In this document: positions 48,390 to 64,000 of the stretch, piece by piece
How the letters are laid out: each line of letters begins with the position of its first letter
How positions within the stretch are numbered: position 1 is the first letter of the stretch
Source: the human T2T-CHM13v2.0 reference genome, Homo sapiens
Direction: 5' to 3' (one strand)
DNA: 64,000 bases
Assembly: GCF_009914755.1 (NCBI RefSeq)
Contig: NC_060934.1
The notes under the pieces: model-generated
What the model was told of the DNA's origin: nothing
The model's database searches: none
Seen by the model: only the letters and a program-made list of their open reading frames with translations
Position numbers and translations under genes: made by a program

Positions 48390-49860
48390 GAAAATATTGA
48401 TAAATCAGACTTTATTGAATTTAAAACTTTTGCACTTTAAAAGATACCATTAATAAAACTCAAGATAAGCCACCGACTGGGGGAAAAATACTTGACAATC
48501 ATATATCTGATAAAAGACTTGTATCTGGCCGGGCACGGTGGCTCATGCCTGTAATCCTAGCACTTTGGGAGGCCGAGGCAGGCGGATCACAAGGTCAGGA
48601 GATCGAGACCATCCTGGTCAACATGGTGAAACCCTGTCTTTACTAAAAATACAAAAAATTAGCCGGGCACGGTGGCGGGCGCCTGTAGTCTCAGCTACTC
48701 AGGAGGCTGAGGCCGGAGAATGGCGTGAACCCGGGAGGCGGAGCTTGCAGTGAGCCAAGATCGTGCCACTGCACTCCAGCCTGGGTGACAGAGTGAGACT
48801 CCGTCTCAAAAAAAAAAAAAAAAAAAAAAAGACTTGTATCTAGAATAAAGAACTCCTACGTTAAGACAAACAACATAATTTTAAAATAAGCAAAATACAT
48901 TAACAGACATTTCATCAAAGAAAATATATGAGAGCCAGGCTCTCATATGTGCCTGTAGTCCTAGCTATTCGGGAAGCTGAGGCAAGAGGGTCGTTTGAGC
49001 CCATGTGTTCGAGGCTACAGTGAGCTATGATCACAACACTGTACTCCATTCTGGGCAACAGCATGAGACCCCGTCTCTAAAAAATAAAATAAAATAATGA
49101 AGACATATGAATAGCTAATAAACTCATGAAAAGATGCTAAAAATTAAAACCACAATGATATACCACTATACCCCCACTAGAATGGCTACAACCAAAAACA
49201 CTAGAATGGCTCCAATCAAAAAGACAGTCAATACTAATTGTTTGATATAGAAAAAATTAGATCTCTCATGTATTGCTGGTGAGAATATAAATTGGTATAG
49301 ATACTTGGAAAATAGTCTGGCAGTTTCCTAAAAAGTTAAACATAAACTTATCCTATGACCCAGGAACTGCAGTCCTTGGAATTCATCCAAGAGATATGAA
49401 AACATACGTCCACACAAAGACACATACATGAATGTGCATAGCAGCATTCCTCATAATAGCCCAAAACTGGAAATATTCCAAATGTCCACCAACTAAAGAA
49501 TAGATAAAAATGTGGCTTATCTATACAATGAAATTCTATTCAGCAATTAAAAGGAAAAAACCAATCATATACACTACAACATGGATGAACCTCAAAGATT
49601 ATGCAAATTGAAACAAGTCAGACACAAAAGTCTATATATTATACAATTCCGTTTTTATAAAGTGTCTTGAGAAGGCAGATCAGTGATTGCCTCATGTTGG
49701 GTGTAGTTGTGGGTACTATCTGCAAATGGGCAAGAGGGAACTTTGGGGGCAAAGGAAATGTCTCTAACTGGATTACAATGACACTGCACTACTTCAAATT
49801 TATTAATCACTGAATTGTACACTTATAATAGGTGAATTTTATGGTGCCTAAATTACACCT
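48390..49860 (+). mobile_element. L1MB/ME 3' portion within an L2, with nested AluY (48527-48830) and AluJ right arm (48933-49095)
   Basis: AluY TSD AAAAGACTTGTATCT; L2-like flanks at about 47950-48380 and 49870-50320. Confidence 0.8.
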
Positions 49861-51140
49861 CAAGATGCTCATTTAATACAGCTTACAAGGCCCTATGTTA
49901 TCTATCCCACCTCATTTTGTACTACCCCTCTCTCTATAGTCCAGCAACAGCAGTGTTCCTTCAGTCCCCTCAGACCTCCCAGCACCTTACCATCACAGCC
50001 TATATATATGGTATTCTCTGCCTGCAACACTCTTCCTTCCCCTTTTGGGCTAACTAACTCTTCCTCAACCATCTGACCATCCTGACAGAGGAAATTCCAC
50101 ATTCATAGTTCTTTATAGGATCAATGAAGAACCTCTACTTCATTAACAATGTTCACAGAATGTTACATTTATTGAGTTCTTTAATTAATGACTTTCTCCC
50201 CTACTCAGCCGTAAGCTCCCCAAAGGCAGCATATCTCATTTTGCTCACCTTTGTATCTCTCTTTCTGTGGCCCAATGCCTATCACATAAGATCTATTAAA
50301 TAAATGCTGGTTGGATCAATCTCCCTGAGACAGCAGGCAAAAATGGCTGAGAATTTCATTTGTAACTCAAACTATTAAGCAACACTGTTCTCTGTCTCAA
50401 ATCCTGATCAAGTACCCTAGTGGAGATTTGGAAAAACTAACAAAAATTCATGTTTGTCAACCTGGTACAATTCATTTCAGATGGGAAGAAACCCACTGAT
50501 CTTTAAATATCTGCAGCAGATTGACCACATCAGACTTAGTTGAAAATTGAAATGGATTTCAAATATAGTGGAATGTAATCTAAGTATCTTTAAGAATAAT
50601 TTTAGAAGATGACAAGTATAAGTAGTTAAGAATTACTGATCAAAGCATTTTAAGACAGAGGAAAACTTGAGTTTCCTAAGTTACAGATAAGAAATTTCAA
50701 CCTTTGAGTCAAAAACGCAATGCTGGATAGATAGCAAGTTATGGAAGCTTGCTATCCAACAGCTGAACGAGAGCCCAAATATGCTACTGCACTAGTATCA
50801 CCTCAAAGCCTTCTTCCCTTCACTCAGCCAGGAAAGAAGGCTCCCCCTGCCACATCACATCTCGCCCTCTGTCTCACTCTCACTTAACCACTGGTTAGCA
50901 AGGCTAACCTTAAGCTATAAAGCTATAAAGATTGCCCTGCTCCTGCCTTTTACTGAAACGAAGACCAAAATTAAACTTGAAAGCTCTGAGAAATTTCAGG
51001 GAAGATGACAGAGAAACACCACAAGGTCTCCATATGTTACCCACTAAAAAACAGTCTGATGCAAATTTTGTTATTTGGGCTTGGCCTGTTAAAACTATTA
51101 GCTTTAAAAACAGCGAGTTCATTTTAAAATATAAAAATGA

Positions 51141-51473
<333 letters not shown>

Positions 51474-51509
51474 TGAGCTGAAATTTTTTAATGCAACAAG
51501 AATAAAGCA

Positions 51510-51806
51510 GGCCAGGAGTGGTGGCTCACACCTGTAATCCTGGCACTTTAGGAAGCCAAGGCGAGTGGATCACTTAAGCTCCGGAGTTTGAGACCAGCCT
51601 GGGCCACATGGTGAGACCCCATCTCTCCTAAAAATATAAAAAAAATTGCTGGGCGTGGTGGTGCATGCCTGTGGTATCAGCTACTTGGTCGACAGATGGG
51701 AGGATCACTTGAGCCCAGGGGACAGAGGTTGCAGTGAGCCAAGATTGTACCACTACACTCCAGCCTGGGTGACAGGAGGAGAACCTGTCTCAAAAAAAAA
51801 AAAAAA
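51510..51806 (+). mobile_element. AluJ (followed by a FLAM_A-like monomer at 51952-52080)
   Basis: Full diverged dimer. Confidence 0.92.
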
Positions 51807-53730
51807 GTTAACTACCAGAAAATATATATGCAATTACCAATAGTGAAGAAATCATAAGACATACAAACATATCCCACAGACTAAAGTTTATCCAGAAACA
51901 AAAGACTGAAGTTTGTTAGTTTTTAAATCTCCTAGAGTAATTTAGAGCATTGCCAGTTGCAGTGGCTTGTATCTGTAGTCCCAGCTACTTGGGAGGCTGA
52001 GGTGGGAGGACCACTTTAGGCCAGGAGTTCTAGACTGGCCTGGGCAACATAGAAAGACCTTGTCTCCCCACCAAAAAAATTCAGATCATTACTAGAGGTA
52101 ATAAAGGGTACAATAAATGTTAAATAAAACAATAATAAATAAGCAATGCTGAAAATAAGTGGAAAATAAAATCCAAAGCATAAATAATTTAAACAGATAA
52201 AGTATATGAAGAAACTAAAAAGTATAAAAATACTGCCTGTCAATAATAATGGAGGAAAAAACTAGATGAAAGCATTTGTAAATCTTAAGTATTTTACATG
52301 CATATTTCATTTAAATCTCACAGCAGTGCCAGGAGGGAGAGAAACTTTTATCTCCCTTTCATGCATGGCTTAGAGAAATTAATCAACTTGCCCAAGCTTT
52401 CACAGCCATATTTCAAGGACTCTCAGCTGCCAGCATTTGCTTGACCTTACAGAAGGTGTCAACAAAAAGTTTTTATGCAACTAGACCATAATTATCCCTG
52501 ACTAAGCGGGGATTCCAAGGTGCCAATTTCAGAGATGTTAGAATGGATAAAAATGCACAACTTATGCTTGACTAAATGTGATAGTGTGCAGCAACCGATC
52601 AGGTGAACCTAAAATATGTAGCGGTTTTTTTGTTTTTTGTTTTTTTAATTTCACAGTGGCACTGCTACGGGAAGGACTAAGATAAAACATAATATGTTCC
52701 TGTCTTTGTTGTAGTAAAGAAGAGCTATTATAATCCCTATGGATATAGAAGACAACATGGAATTCACATTTGAAGTATTAAATAGTGACAGGCCTTTTGT
52801 TGTCTTTTTTGTCTATAGAGGGACAACTTAACCAAAGCAATGGTTATATCTGCCTAAAATTTGGCAAAGATAATAAATTAGATATTTCAAAAGTGGGTTA
52901 CTTTAAGGCACTAAGATACCCCTCAAATAGTTAGGTCGAATTCATGGCAGATATTTAACTGTAGCATTTTGAGTTCACTTGCAAATTTGTATCACAAGCC
53001 ACAGAAAAGAAACACTGCATTTAAAAACTATAGCCCACATCCTTATGTTCTTTCATCTTTATTCTAGTAGAAGATGCAAGGTAATTTTCCAACACATAAC
53101 CTCAGAGGTTGAAGCCAAGAGCGGCAGAATGGATGGATTCAAGGTGTGCCAACAATGCTACCCAGTAGGAAAAAATTCCATAAAAACTGGGCCCCTAAGG
53201 AAAACAACAAAGCCTAATGCTGAAGTCCTGTCCAAATGCAAGTGCTTGGCTAAGAGAGAGCAGTCAGGCTGTAGACTGAAAGGCAGTGTATGCAATTTAG
53301 AATCCCCAGAAGTAGAGTAACAGAGAGACACCACAGCTGCATGAGAGTGAGATGCTAATGTGGGGCAGGCAGGACTCGGCTCCAGACAGTGCATGCTATC
53401 AGGACACCTTCCATGACTCGGGAAGACCTCAGTACAACCACCGGGGCAGGTACGTGAATTAGGTAAACCAGGTGCAATTAACTGGAAAAAGGGCCTGGAC
53501 TAATGTCTGGGCTTTCTGAAAGATTTTGCATCTCAGGGAAATTATGGAATAGCCACAGTATTCCCTTGGTAATAGAATGCAAAAATACTGAAAACACTCA
53601 AAGTTAAGAAAAGGGAAAAGAGAAGATTTGTTAGGGTTCTTTTAGCATTTCACGTCTGAGAAACAGAACAGGTGTTTTCAACACTTGGAAAACACCTTCA
53701 ATCCATCAAGCACAGAAATAGTCTGCGTTT

Positions 53731-54037
<307 letters not shown>

Positions 54038-54600
54038 CTACCTTCTTGAGCTCCTACAAGAGCTCTTCAGTGCTTGCCCTGCAGAGAACAGTGTCTGATC
54101 CCTATAGATAACGAAAGGGGGATGAAGGAGAGGTCAAGGCTCCAGCAGCCCAGCGTTCTCCCTGGGTATTCAGCACATCATTAGAGAATAAACCTGTTTA
54201 CTTTGCTGCCTCCTTGAAGGCTCAGTAATGAAGCCATGATTAGAATTGCAGTCATGGATTCCAGCCACTTATCACAAGATGTTCCATTTTCTCTTGCTAT
54301 GTAACAAACTACCCAAAACTTTGTTGCTTGAACAGCCATGATTTCCTATTTCTCATAATTCCATGGGTTGGCTGGGCAGCTCTTCTGCTGCCCTTACCTG
54401 ACTTACAAAGGCTGCTTCGCTGGGCTCAGCAGGGAAGGCAGGGCCTTCTCCATGTGGCCTTTTCTTCTAGGCTTCTTCACATGTTGGCAGCAGCATCCCA
54501 AGACAGTTCACCCACTACACATGGTGCCTCTGCTTGCACTGTGTCTGCTGATTGAGACCAAAGTCAAGAAGGGGGAAAAGAGACTCTACCACTTGATGGG

Positions 54601-55001
54601 TCCTGTGGTTTGAATGTGTCCCCCAAGTTCATGTATTGGAAACTTAATCCCCAATGCAACAGTGTTGACAGGTGGGACTTGTAAGACGTGATCAAGCCAT
54701 GAGGGCTCTGCCCTCACTAATGGATTAATGCTGTTATTGAGGAAGTAGGTTAGTTATCATGGGAGTGGGTTCCTAACAGAAGAATAAGTTCAGCCTCCTT
54801 CCCTTCTCTCCATCCCAGGCACATGCTCTCTTGCCCATCTGCCTTCCACCATGGGATGATGCAGCAAGAAAGCCCTCACCAGATGTGAGCCCCTCAACCT
54901 TGGACTTCCCAGGCTGCAGAACTGTAAGAACTAAATCTCTGTACTTTATTAATTACCCCATCTCAGGTACTCTGTTACAGCAGCACAACACAGACTAAGA
55001 C
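54601..55001 (+). mobile_element. MST (C/D-like) solo LTR nested in an older MLT1
   Basis: TGTGGTTTGAATGTGTCCCCCAA...GACTAAGACA; TSD ATGGG. Confidence 0.88.
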
Positions 55002-55912
55002 AATGGGAGAAACAAGTGAAGTCATACTGCAAACAGGCAGAGCTGGGAGCGGGGACAGGGGGCAGTGATTCATTAGGAGCCGTTTTGTAACAATTTACCA
55101 CATGTTGTTTTCGCTGCTTTTTCCTCTGATAATAATAGTTTTTATCAGTAGAGTGTTTTTATAAGGTGTTTTCACACCTATTATAAATTCAAAGCTAATT
55201 ATGATCTTTATAATACGGGGAAAAAGGTGCTCAACTCTATTTCTACTACAGAATAACATTAATAAAGATCCAAAAATATTCCCAAGGTTTAGATACTTGA
55301 ATTCCTTCTAGCAATCCATACCGCTTGAAGATCTCACGTTCCTTAACAAACACATGGATCTTGTGAAGCATCTTTAGTAGGCTGACAGAGGAAGAAACTG
55401 TGGCCAAAGTTTGTAACAGAAAAATCGAAGGCAATTATACTTCATTTGAAGTGCTTCCTGCAGAAAGAATTCTCAGCATGTCATTGTACAATGCAGCATG
55501 TAAGGACAGTGGCACACACTGCTCTGCACCAGTCAGCTGTCATCTCAGGCCAGAACAAGCATATTCTCCACATACTGCAGTAAACCAGAAAAACCAGAGC
55601 AGAATTTGCCTCACTACTCACCTTACCCCCTGACCATCCGAGATATGTCTGCCCAGGCAGGACAAATCTTCTCAAGGACCCCTGTACATGCCATGTACAA
55701 CCTTACCCTTGTTCATTCTGTCCCACCTTCTTGGGATGCTCTTTCCTCTTTGCCCATCAGGCCCAAAATTCCCTGGCCTTCAGACCACACCTCAAAGCAT
55801 TTCTTCTCTACAAGCAAAACATGTTCCCCTTTCCCTTCTTTACAACCCATAGCAGTTACCCAATTTCTTTACAGGTGGACATTAGTCACATTAAAAACAG
55901 TCCTTCAATATA

Positions 55913-56926
55913 AGTGATGGTTAATTTCACATGTCAACTTGACTAGGCCACAATATGCAGATATTTGGTCAAACATTATTCTGAATGTTTCTGTGAAGGT
56001 ATTTTTAAGATAAGACTGACATTTAAATTGGCAGACTTTTTTTTAAGGCAAGACCGGATTTATTCCCATTTTATAGACGAGGAAACACTCAGAGAGGTCA
56101 AGTGATCCACCTGCTCTAGGTCAATACATGACTCAGCTGAAACTTCCTCTCCTAGATATACAATGAGAGTAATGCCAGACCTGCTTCTCAAAACAGATAT
56201 GCACAAGAAAACTGTTTTAGTCTCATTCTTCTGACAACTAGAAAGTAAATATTCACCAGGCCCTCCCTGTGCACATAACATTATCATAAGTCAGAAGTCT
56301 GTCATTAAGAACATAAAATCACAGTGCAGATTGGGAGTGGGAAGATACACAGAAAGGATACCAAGAGTTTCTGTCAACTGCCCCTGGTTTGAGTTCAACA
56401 TTTTTTTTAGAGATGCAATTTTTTTTTTTAGGAGATGGGGTTTCACTATGTTGCCTAGGCTGGACTTAACTCCTAGGCTCAAGTGATCCTCTTGCCTCAG
56501 CCTCCCAAGTATCTGGGACTATAGGTGCCTGTCACCACACCCAGCTTCTAAATTGGTGGATTCTGAGTAAAATATCCTGCTTTCCATAATGTGCGTGGGC
56601 CTCAACCAATCAGTTGAAGGCCTTAATATAAAAATGACTGACCTCCCCTAGAAGAAGAGGGAATTCTGCCAGCAGACTGCCTTCAGCCTTGAACTCCAGA
56701 ATCAACTCTTCCCTGAGCCTCCAGCCTGCCAGCCCACCCTACAGATTTTGGACTTGTTAGTCTCCACAATCATATGAACCAATTCCTTAAAATAAATCTC
56801 TCTCTCCCAATCTCATCTAGCTATCTATCTATATATATAGGTATATCTGTACACACACACACACACACACACACAGACACACACACCCTATTGGTTTTGT
56901 TTCTTTGCAGAACTCTGACTGATACA
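55913..56926 (+). mobile_element. MLT2 (ERVL) solo LTR with (CA)n, interrupted by a 0.5-kb retroposed insert
   Basis: GTGATGGTTAATTT...TGTCAACTTGAC start; CTGACTGATACA end; ATATA flanks. Confidence 0.88.
56037..56548 (-). mobile_element. Retroposed composite insert: Alu monomer + about 370 nt flank including a MIR + AATAAA + poly-A
   Basis: Flanking direct repeats TAAATTGGCAGACTT / TAAATTGGTGGATTC; AATAAA 14 nt before an A8 tail. Confidence 0.75.
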
Positions 56927-58098
56927 ATATATCACATAGTTTAGATCATTCCTTGCAGGGTACAAAGCCTGGCCTACTTAAAAGGCTATATGATCCCTGG
57001 AGTGTTGCATATTTTTTGGCAATTCCTACAGTCTTCTGTACCATCATGTTTCTTTAGTATTCCCTACGGTGTTCCATACAGAGCAGGGGTAAAAATATTC
57101 CAGGAACTTGAATTTGTGCTTCCTTATGACTAAACTTTGTATCCTTCCAGTTTCCTAACCTTTCTGCACCATTGACTGTGATATGTATACATACTAAAGA
57201 AGGTGAAAGAAAGAAAAGGAATACTGCTCCCATTTTCCCATGGTGAAATCCCAAAGGTGGTTAATGTCTATTAAAAACTAGTAGTTTTATTACTAACTGG
57301 CACACAGGTGGTAGAATTTAAAAAAAAAAAAAACACTATAAACTATTATTTGCTTTATGATCCTGGAATCCATTCTTTTCAATTTTCTCCACCTAGAAAA
57401 CATCTTTTAGTGAAAAAACTATAATAAAAGCAAAAAAATGTTTTAGTCAATCATCAAAATAATAACCCAAGACCAAATTTAAAGTAATATAAACGTAAAT
57501 CAGGAATAGTTTTTAAAGTCAGCTATCACGTCTTAGAGATTTTTAGTTTATTTTAAATCCCTTTGGGAAGACCTAGAATATTTCATTCATTTAACCTAAG
57601 CAAACAAATGGACAAGGACGTATTCTCATAGTCTGACCCAATTTTCCGAGCATCTTCCAAGTGCCAGGCTCCTACTAGGAACTGGAAAATTTTAGAAGTG
57701 AACTGGTGCTATCATTCGTCCCTAAAATAGATTAGTGAATGCCCAGAAAATAAAGAATGCTCACATTTAAGCTACTCTCTAACAATGTGCATATTTCTGC
57801 TACTACCAGTTGAATTGTGCACATTATCAAAAACCTATTGTTTCATCTCCAAACCTGTTTATGTCAGTTGTACTCATTCTGCAATGGTATAATTTAATTG
57901 AATACTATATAAACTGATCACAAATGGACAAACATGTGGCTACAAAAGTAAGAAGTTACTATTTCTATAAAACCTATGTTGAATACTTTGGAAAGCATCC
58001 ATACAGGCATATTACTTTCCTTAAAATTTTTTGACAAATTGAGTATATATAAAACAACTATAAAAGACTAGAAAACAACACTAAAATACCAGAATCCT

Positions 58099-58243
58099 GG
58101 CTAGGTGCAATGGCTCATACCTGTAATCCCAGTACTTTGGGAAGCTGAGGCAGAAGGATCACTTGAGGCCAGGAGTTTGAGACCAGTCTGGGCAACACAG
58201 CAAGACCCCATCTCTACAAAAAAAATTTACATTTAAAAAAAAA
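58099..58243 (+). mobile_element. FLAM_C-like Alu monomer
   Basis: Left monomer with A-rich tail. Confidence 0.9.
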
Positions 58244-59648
58244 GATAGAATTCTATGCTCTGACTGCTTCAGATGTTCCTAAAGTCTCAATCTACTTTAA
58301 ACAGAGTGAAACTAGAAAACACAGAAGCTACTCTATAAATGTGGTTTTTACAAGAACAATAATACAGAACTGAGAGGACCCATAATACTCAAAGAAAGAT
58401 TACTACCCTAGATCACAAGACTGGCCTTTTGCATCCTCCACTATTCCCAGAACAATCCATCAGTAGCAGTAACATTACGCTTGAATACTTCCTGAAGTCA
58501 AGTTGTTTTATTTAAAACTGAAATATCCCTCTAAAAGACAACAACAACAACAAAAAATAAGTATGTATATACAAGGTATTCACTGCAGCACTATTTCTAA
58601 CAGCAAGACACTAAAGACAATCCAAATGTCCATTAATATGGGACTGACAATAAACTGGTAAATTCACACAATGAAATAGACAAAAAGGCATGACAAATGT
58701 CTCTATATACTTCTATGGAGTGATCAGCAGGAAAAATAGGAAGACAAAAAAGCAAGAAGAAAATTATACATAGTGTGCTACCATTCACCTAAGACGGGAT
58801 TAGGAGGCAGAAACTATACGTGTGTGCACATGCATGGACATGCACACACACACACACACACACTCTTGCTCATGTTTTAAATGGAATGCAGGAAAAAAAA
58901 TAGAGGGAACCACAATCAGAGATGGATTTCTCTGATTCTGCCTTGTTTTACACATTTAGCTCTGGAACCATGTATATGTTTTCCATAATTGTTTAAAAAA
59001 TAATTGAAAAACTGTCATCTCTAAAATTCAAAAGCAAAATGAAATGACCCTAAATATTTGTTGAATTGGTGGTATAATCATGCAAAAAGGAATTATTTCA
59101 AATGATTTAAAACAGTTTTACCAGACATCCCTATAGGAATCTATCCTAAAAATGAAAAGAATTTGGGAAAGTGCTTTTAATTCTTAAACTATTTTCAGTA
59201 ATCATATTGTTAGCAGTAACACTGACAAGTAATGGTATCAATATGATTATGATCAAGAACCAAAATTTTTAGCATGAGACAAAGATAAAATTAAAGAAAT
59301 TCAACAAAATCATCTGTTCCTAAGTTTATAATGGAAAAATCAGTATGAAACTCATAAAATATTTTACCTTAAAAATAACGTATTTCCTAGCCCCATTCAC
59401 TGAAAAGGCCTAGAAGTAACAACCAATCTGTAGTTTCCAGACTGTGGTCACTAAATACAATTTCCCTCTGAAAGGAACCAGGGCTGGTTAAAGAAAGGGA
59501 TAATTCCAGATCTATGGCTGTTAATGTACAAGATGAGCCTGGACATCTTGTCACACAAGAAAGCAAGAAGCCATCAGAAGCACCCATGCCAAAATGACCC
59601 AGGAGCTAATGTGAAGGCACTCCCATTGGCCAAAGAAGAGACAATGTG

Positions 59649-60252
59649 GACCAGGTGCAGTGGCTCATGCCTGTAATCTTAGCTCTTTGGGAGACTGAGG
59701 CAGGGGGATCACCGGAGGTCGGGAATTCGAGACCAGCCTGACCAAAATGGAGAATCCCATCTCTAGTAAAAATATAAAATTAGGGCCGGGCGTGGTTGCC
59801 CACACCTGTAATCCCAGTACTTTGGAAGGCCAAGACTAGCGGATTGCCTGAGGTCAAGCGTTCAAGACCAGCCTGGCCGATGTGATAAAACCCCGTCTCT
59901 ACTAAAAATACAAAAATTAGCCAGGCGTAGTGGTGCGCACCTGTTGTCCCAGCTACTTGGGAGGCTGAGGCAGAAGAATTGCTTGAACCCGGAGGCAGAG
60001 GCTGAAGTGAGCTGAGATTGCGCCACTGCATTCCAGCCTGGGCGACAGAGTGAGACTCTGTCTCCAAAAATAAAAATAAGAAATAAAACATTAGCCGGGC
60101 GTAGTGGTGCATGCCTGTAATCACAGCTACTCAGGAGGCCAAGGGAAGAGAATCGCTTGAACCTAGAAGGTAGAGGTTGCAGTGAGCTGAGATCATGCCA
60201 TTGCACTCCAGCCTGGGCAACAAAAGCAACACTCTTGTCTCAAGAAAAAAAG
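59649..60252 (+). mobile_element. AluS with a second AluS (59784-60080) inserted in its A-rich linker
   Basis: Order is left arm, full Alu, right arm; outer TSD AAAGAAG(A/G)GACAAT(G/T)TG. Confidence 0.92.
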
Positions 60253-60285
60253 AAGGGACAATTTGATCATTAATAAGAATAACTG

Positions 60286-60888
<603 letters not shown>

Positions 60889-62056
60889 TCACTCATTTAA
60901 CCTGACTTCCCTGTATAAGCTATACCTCTGGGTAACTGAACAGTCTGTAAAAAGAGTCTTCTCTGTACTAGTATTCCAGCGAATAAATGAAAAAGGAATG
61001 ATGAAATTAGAATTGCAACATCTTGCATGCCCATGATTAAGTAATGGATCTATGTGAAGAATAAGTGGTCACTACTGTTTCAAAGCAAAAAAATCATTTC
61101 GCAAAATTCATATATAATAGTATGAGCAAGTGCACAAGATAAACGGCATGATTTTTTCAGTAAATAACATTTCAATAAGACAGAAAATAAGGAAAACCTA
61201 TAGCTTAAAAGATATTGAAGAAAACCTATCAACCGAATGTAATGTGTAGACCTTGTTTACATCCTGATGCAAACAAATCACAGTACACACAAACACACAC
61301 ACAAAACTGTGAAATAACTTTGGGATGATAGTGGTATTGTGTGATTCATTCTAAGAAAAACAGCCCTTATCTTTCAGTGAAAGTACTAAAATATTTACAG
61401 ATAAAATGAAAAGAACAAGAATGTACCCCCAAAAATGGACTGGGAGAGGGATATAAAGAAACAAAAGACGCTATGAGTGGATGCCAGCTAGAGCCAGGCA
61501 CAAGGCGGTTCACGGTATTCTTCCTTTACTTCTGTGTATGTTTTAAATTCTCCATAATAAAAGTTTTGAAACTTTGATGTATGACTGTATGTCTGTATGC
61601 TTTAATAATAAAATGTTAATGGCATATAAAATTTTTCAGGATTTCCTGCTTTATGTTAAAACGGCTTCTCCGGTTCTTTCCACAAAAGAGGCATCTGGGG
61701 GTCAAGTCCCTTATTTCTCTGAATTATCAACTTAAAGCATAGGGCCTGCTACCCAGGAAGTGCTCAATAAATGTTAAATGAACGAATTCTGTTTGCTATA
61801 CTTCTCTGCTCTGCTAAACCTTCCAAAACCCTAATCTAGTGATCCAACTTGTAGTAAAGGATGAGTAAATAGAATCAAGTATTAAAAAGACAAAAAATCC
61901 AAAACCCTGTATGTACTTAACCTTTTAAGTCTATGTTCCATAAAAAAATGGTTGTTTTTTTCTTGTGGTAAAAAACACAAAACATAAAATTTATCAAATT
62001 AACTATCTGTAAGTGTACAGCATTCAACAGTGTTAAGCATATTCACATGGTTGTGA

Positions 62057-62446
<390 letters not shown>

Positions 62447-64000
62447 CAAAAGGTGCTTATTCTTAATACTTCCTACCCATTGTCTATTCTATCCTACACA
62501 GACCTCTAGCTACCACAGCTTTCAAAGTATTATTTTCTGACAATATACATTGTGGATCACCAGCACAATAACATCAAATAGAAAACAACCAGTCCTTAAA
62601 GAAAATAGGAAGGGTCTTAAGTCTGACTGTGAACAGAAGACCATACGACCTCCTGTGCAGAGGAAATGAAGATAGGGCTGGAATGTGGTTTCAGGGTCAC
62701 TCTAAACGGAAGTGAGGAACCAAAACAGGAAGAGGCAGGCCCACAGCTAAGAGGAGGCCACACGGGCTGCAGAAGGACTCATTCCATGTCTGCATTTAAC
62801 AAAGGCTTACCACTGCTTAGGCAGCCCCATAACAATGATGGAAAGGCCCCTGGTAAGCACACAGACTCACAGGTGCCTTAGGTCAGGTACCTGGGGAAGC
62901 ACTATGCAAGTCTCATTCAACAGACTTTTAGTTAAATATGCTTATGCAGGCCTGCAAAAAAAATGACTTAGCTATAAATTTGGTAATAATAACTTAGTAT
63001 ATTATGTAAGAAATGTCAATGATCAGTATCAGTGACCAGTGATCACTGATATTTTTCCATGTGTTACTATAGTTCTAATTATCTTTGGTAATAGATGAAC
63101 GCTTAGTCAATCACTCCTTTTTCAAAATCATTTTCATACATTATTCTTCAGAAGCATGACTCCTAGCCTGAGTCTGCACTGGGACAACTCCAGGAAAGAT
63201 AGAGATTTTGTACATGACTGAGGATAATAGCAGAGTCAAGGCAGACAAGGACCTGTTTACCAAAAGCACCTAGAAATCTCCAGGGGGCAGGGATCTTGGG
63301 GAACGGACATTCATTCTACAGCAAGAGTTCAGGTTAATCCAAAGAAAGCCACAGACCATGAGAAGAGAGTAGTGGCTTGGAGGACAACATGGTATCTGTC
63401 ATTCACACTATCCTACATAAAAGCAAGGGATGATAGTGGTATTGTGTGATTTGTTCTAAGAAGAACAATCAAATTAAAGGCATTCTCAAAAGGCTCTGAA
63501 GAACAGTAACACTTCAAGGAATCAGCAGCACGGAAAGCAGCAGCTGTTGCCACAGGACTGACAGCAGCGTGGGTAACAAGGAACATCCTGATGGCCACAG
63601 CCATGACAGTTGACCTATCAACCAAACGATCTTTGCACTGACAACAGTGGCTGCACTTCTGGTGCCAGGCGCACGGTGGTGGCTCTCAGTTCTGCCTCCA
63701 GCACTAGCAGGCTGTGTGTACATACAAACATACATATGTGTATGTATGTATAACACCCAGCTACTGACAGTGAGACCGGAGAGCATGCGGGGAGAAAATG
63801 GGAGCAGAGGTACAAAGGATCTTTCACCTCTTCAATATTAACTGTTTTATAATTATGTAGTACCACAAATAAAACTTCTATTTTGAATAAATAGAACAGA
63901 ACACATTGAGGCCTAAAGGGAAGAAATATGTAGTAAAATCAGAAAAAAGAATTTATAATAAAGTCCCACTTGTGCTTTGACAATTCTTGCCTTTTAAACC

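Noticed and set aside
56419-56546. Alu monomer with unique tail resembling a BC200 pseudogene
   Set aside because: The monomer is FLAM_A-like and the tail lacks the BC200 C-rich unique domain

Overview
Hominoid, most likely human, genomic DNA. It is AT-rich, dominated by repeats, and lies inside the minus-strand gene MARCHF8 (membrane-associated RING-CH E3 ubiquitin ligase MARCH8). Only one canonical coding exon is present (38114-38293, ATG at 38215, MSMPLHQ...EREEQ, phase-0 donor). A probable non-coding alternative first exon ends at a perfect donor at 40215. The rest is intronic and contains many Alus, old L1M/L1PB fragments, a deleted L1PA, MaLR/MLT2 LTRs, a MER4-group ERV interior with a nested solo LTR7, DNA-transposon fossils and a full-length SVA with TSDs. 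The main observation is a short candidate alternative first coding exon (19351-19380, MHSCWKMKLQ, phase-0 donor) beneath an E-box cluster. It would swap the MARCH8 N-terminus and bypass two upstream ORFs in the canonical ATG exon. A second notable item is a TSD-flanked, polyadenylated Alu-monomer-plus-flank insertion that looks like a transduction or retrocopy. Almost all ORFs in the supplied track are repeat-derived or chance. Repeat subfamily names and protein matches are from recall and were not computed.
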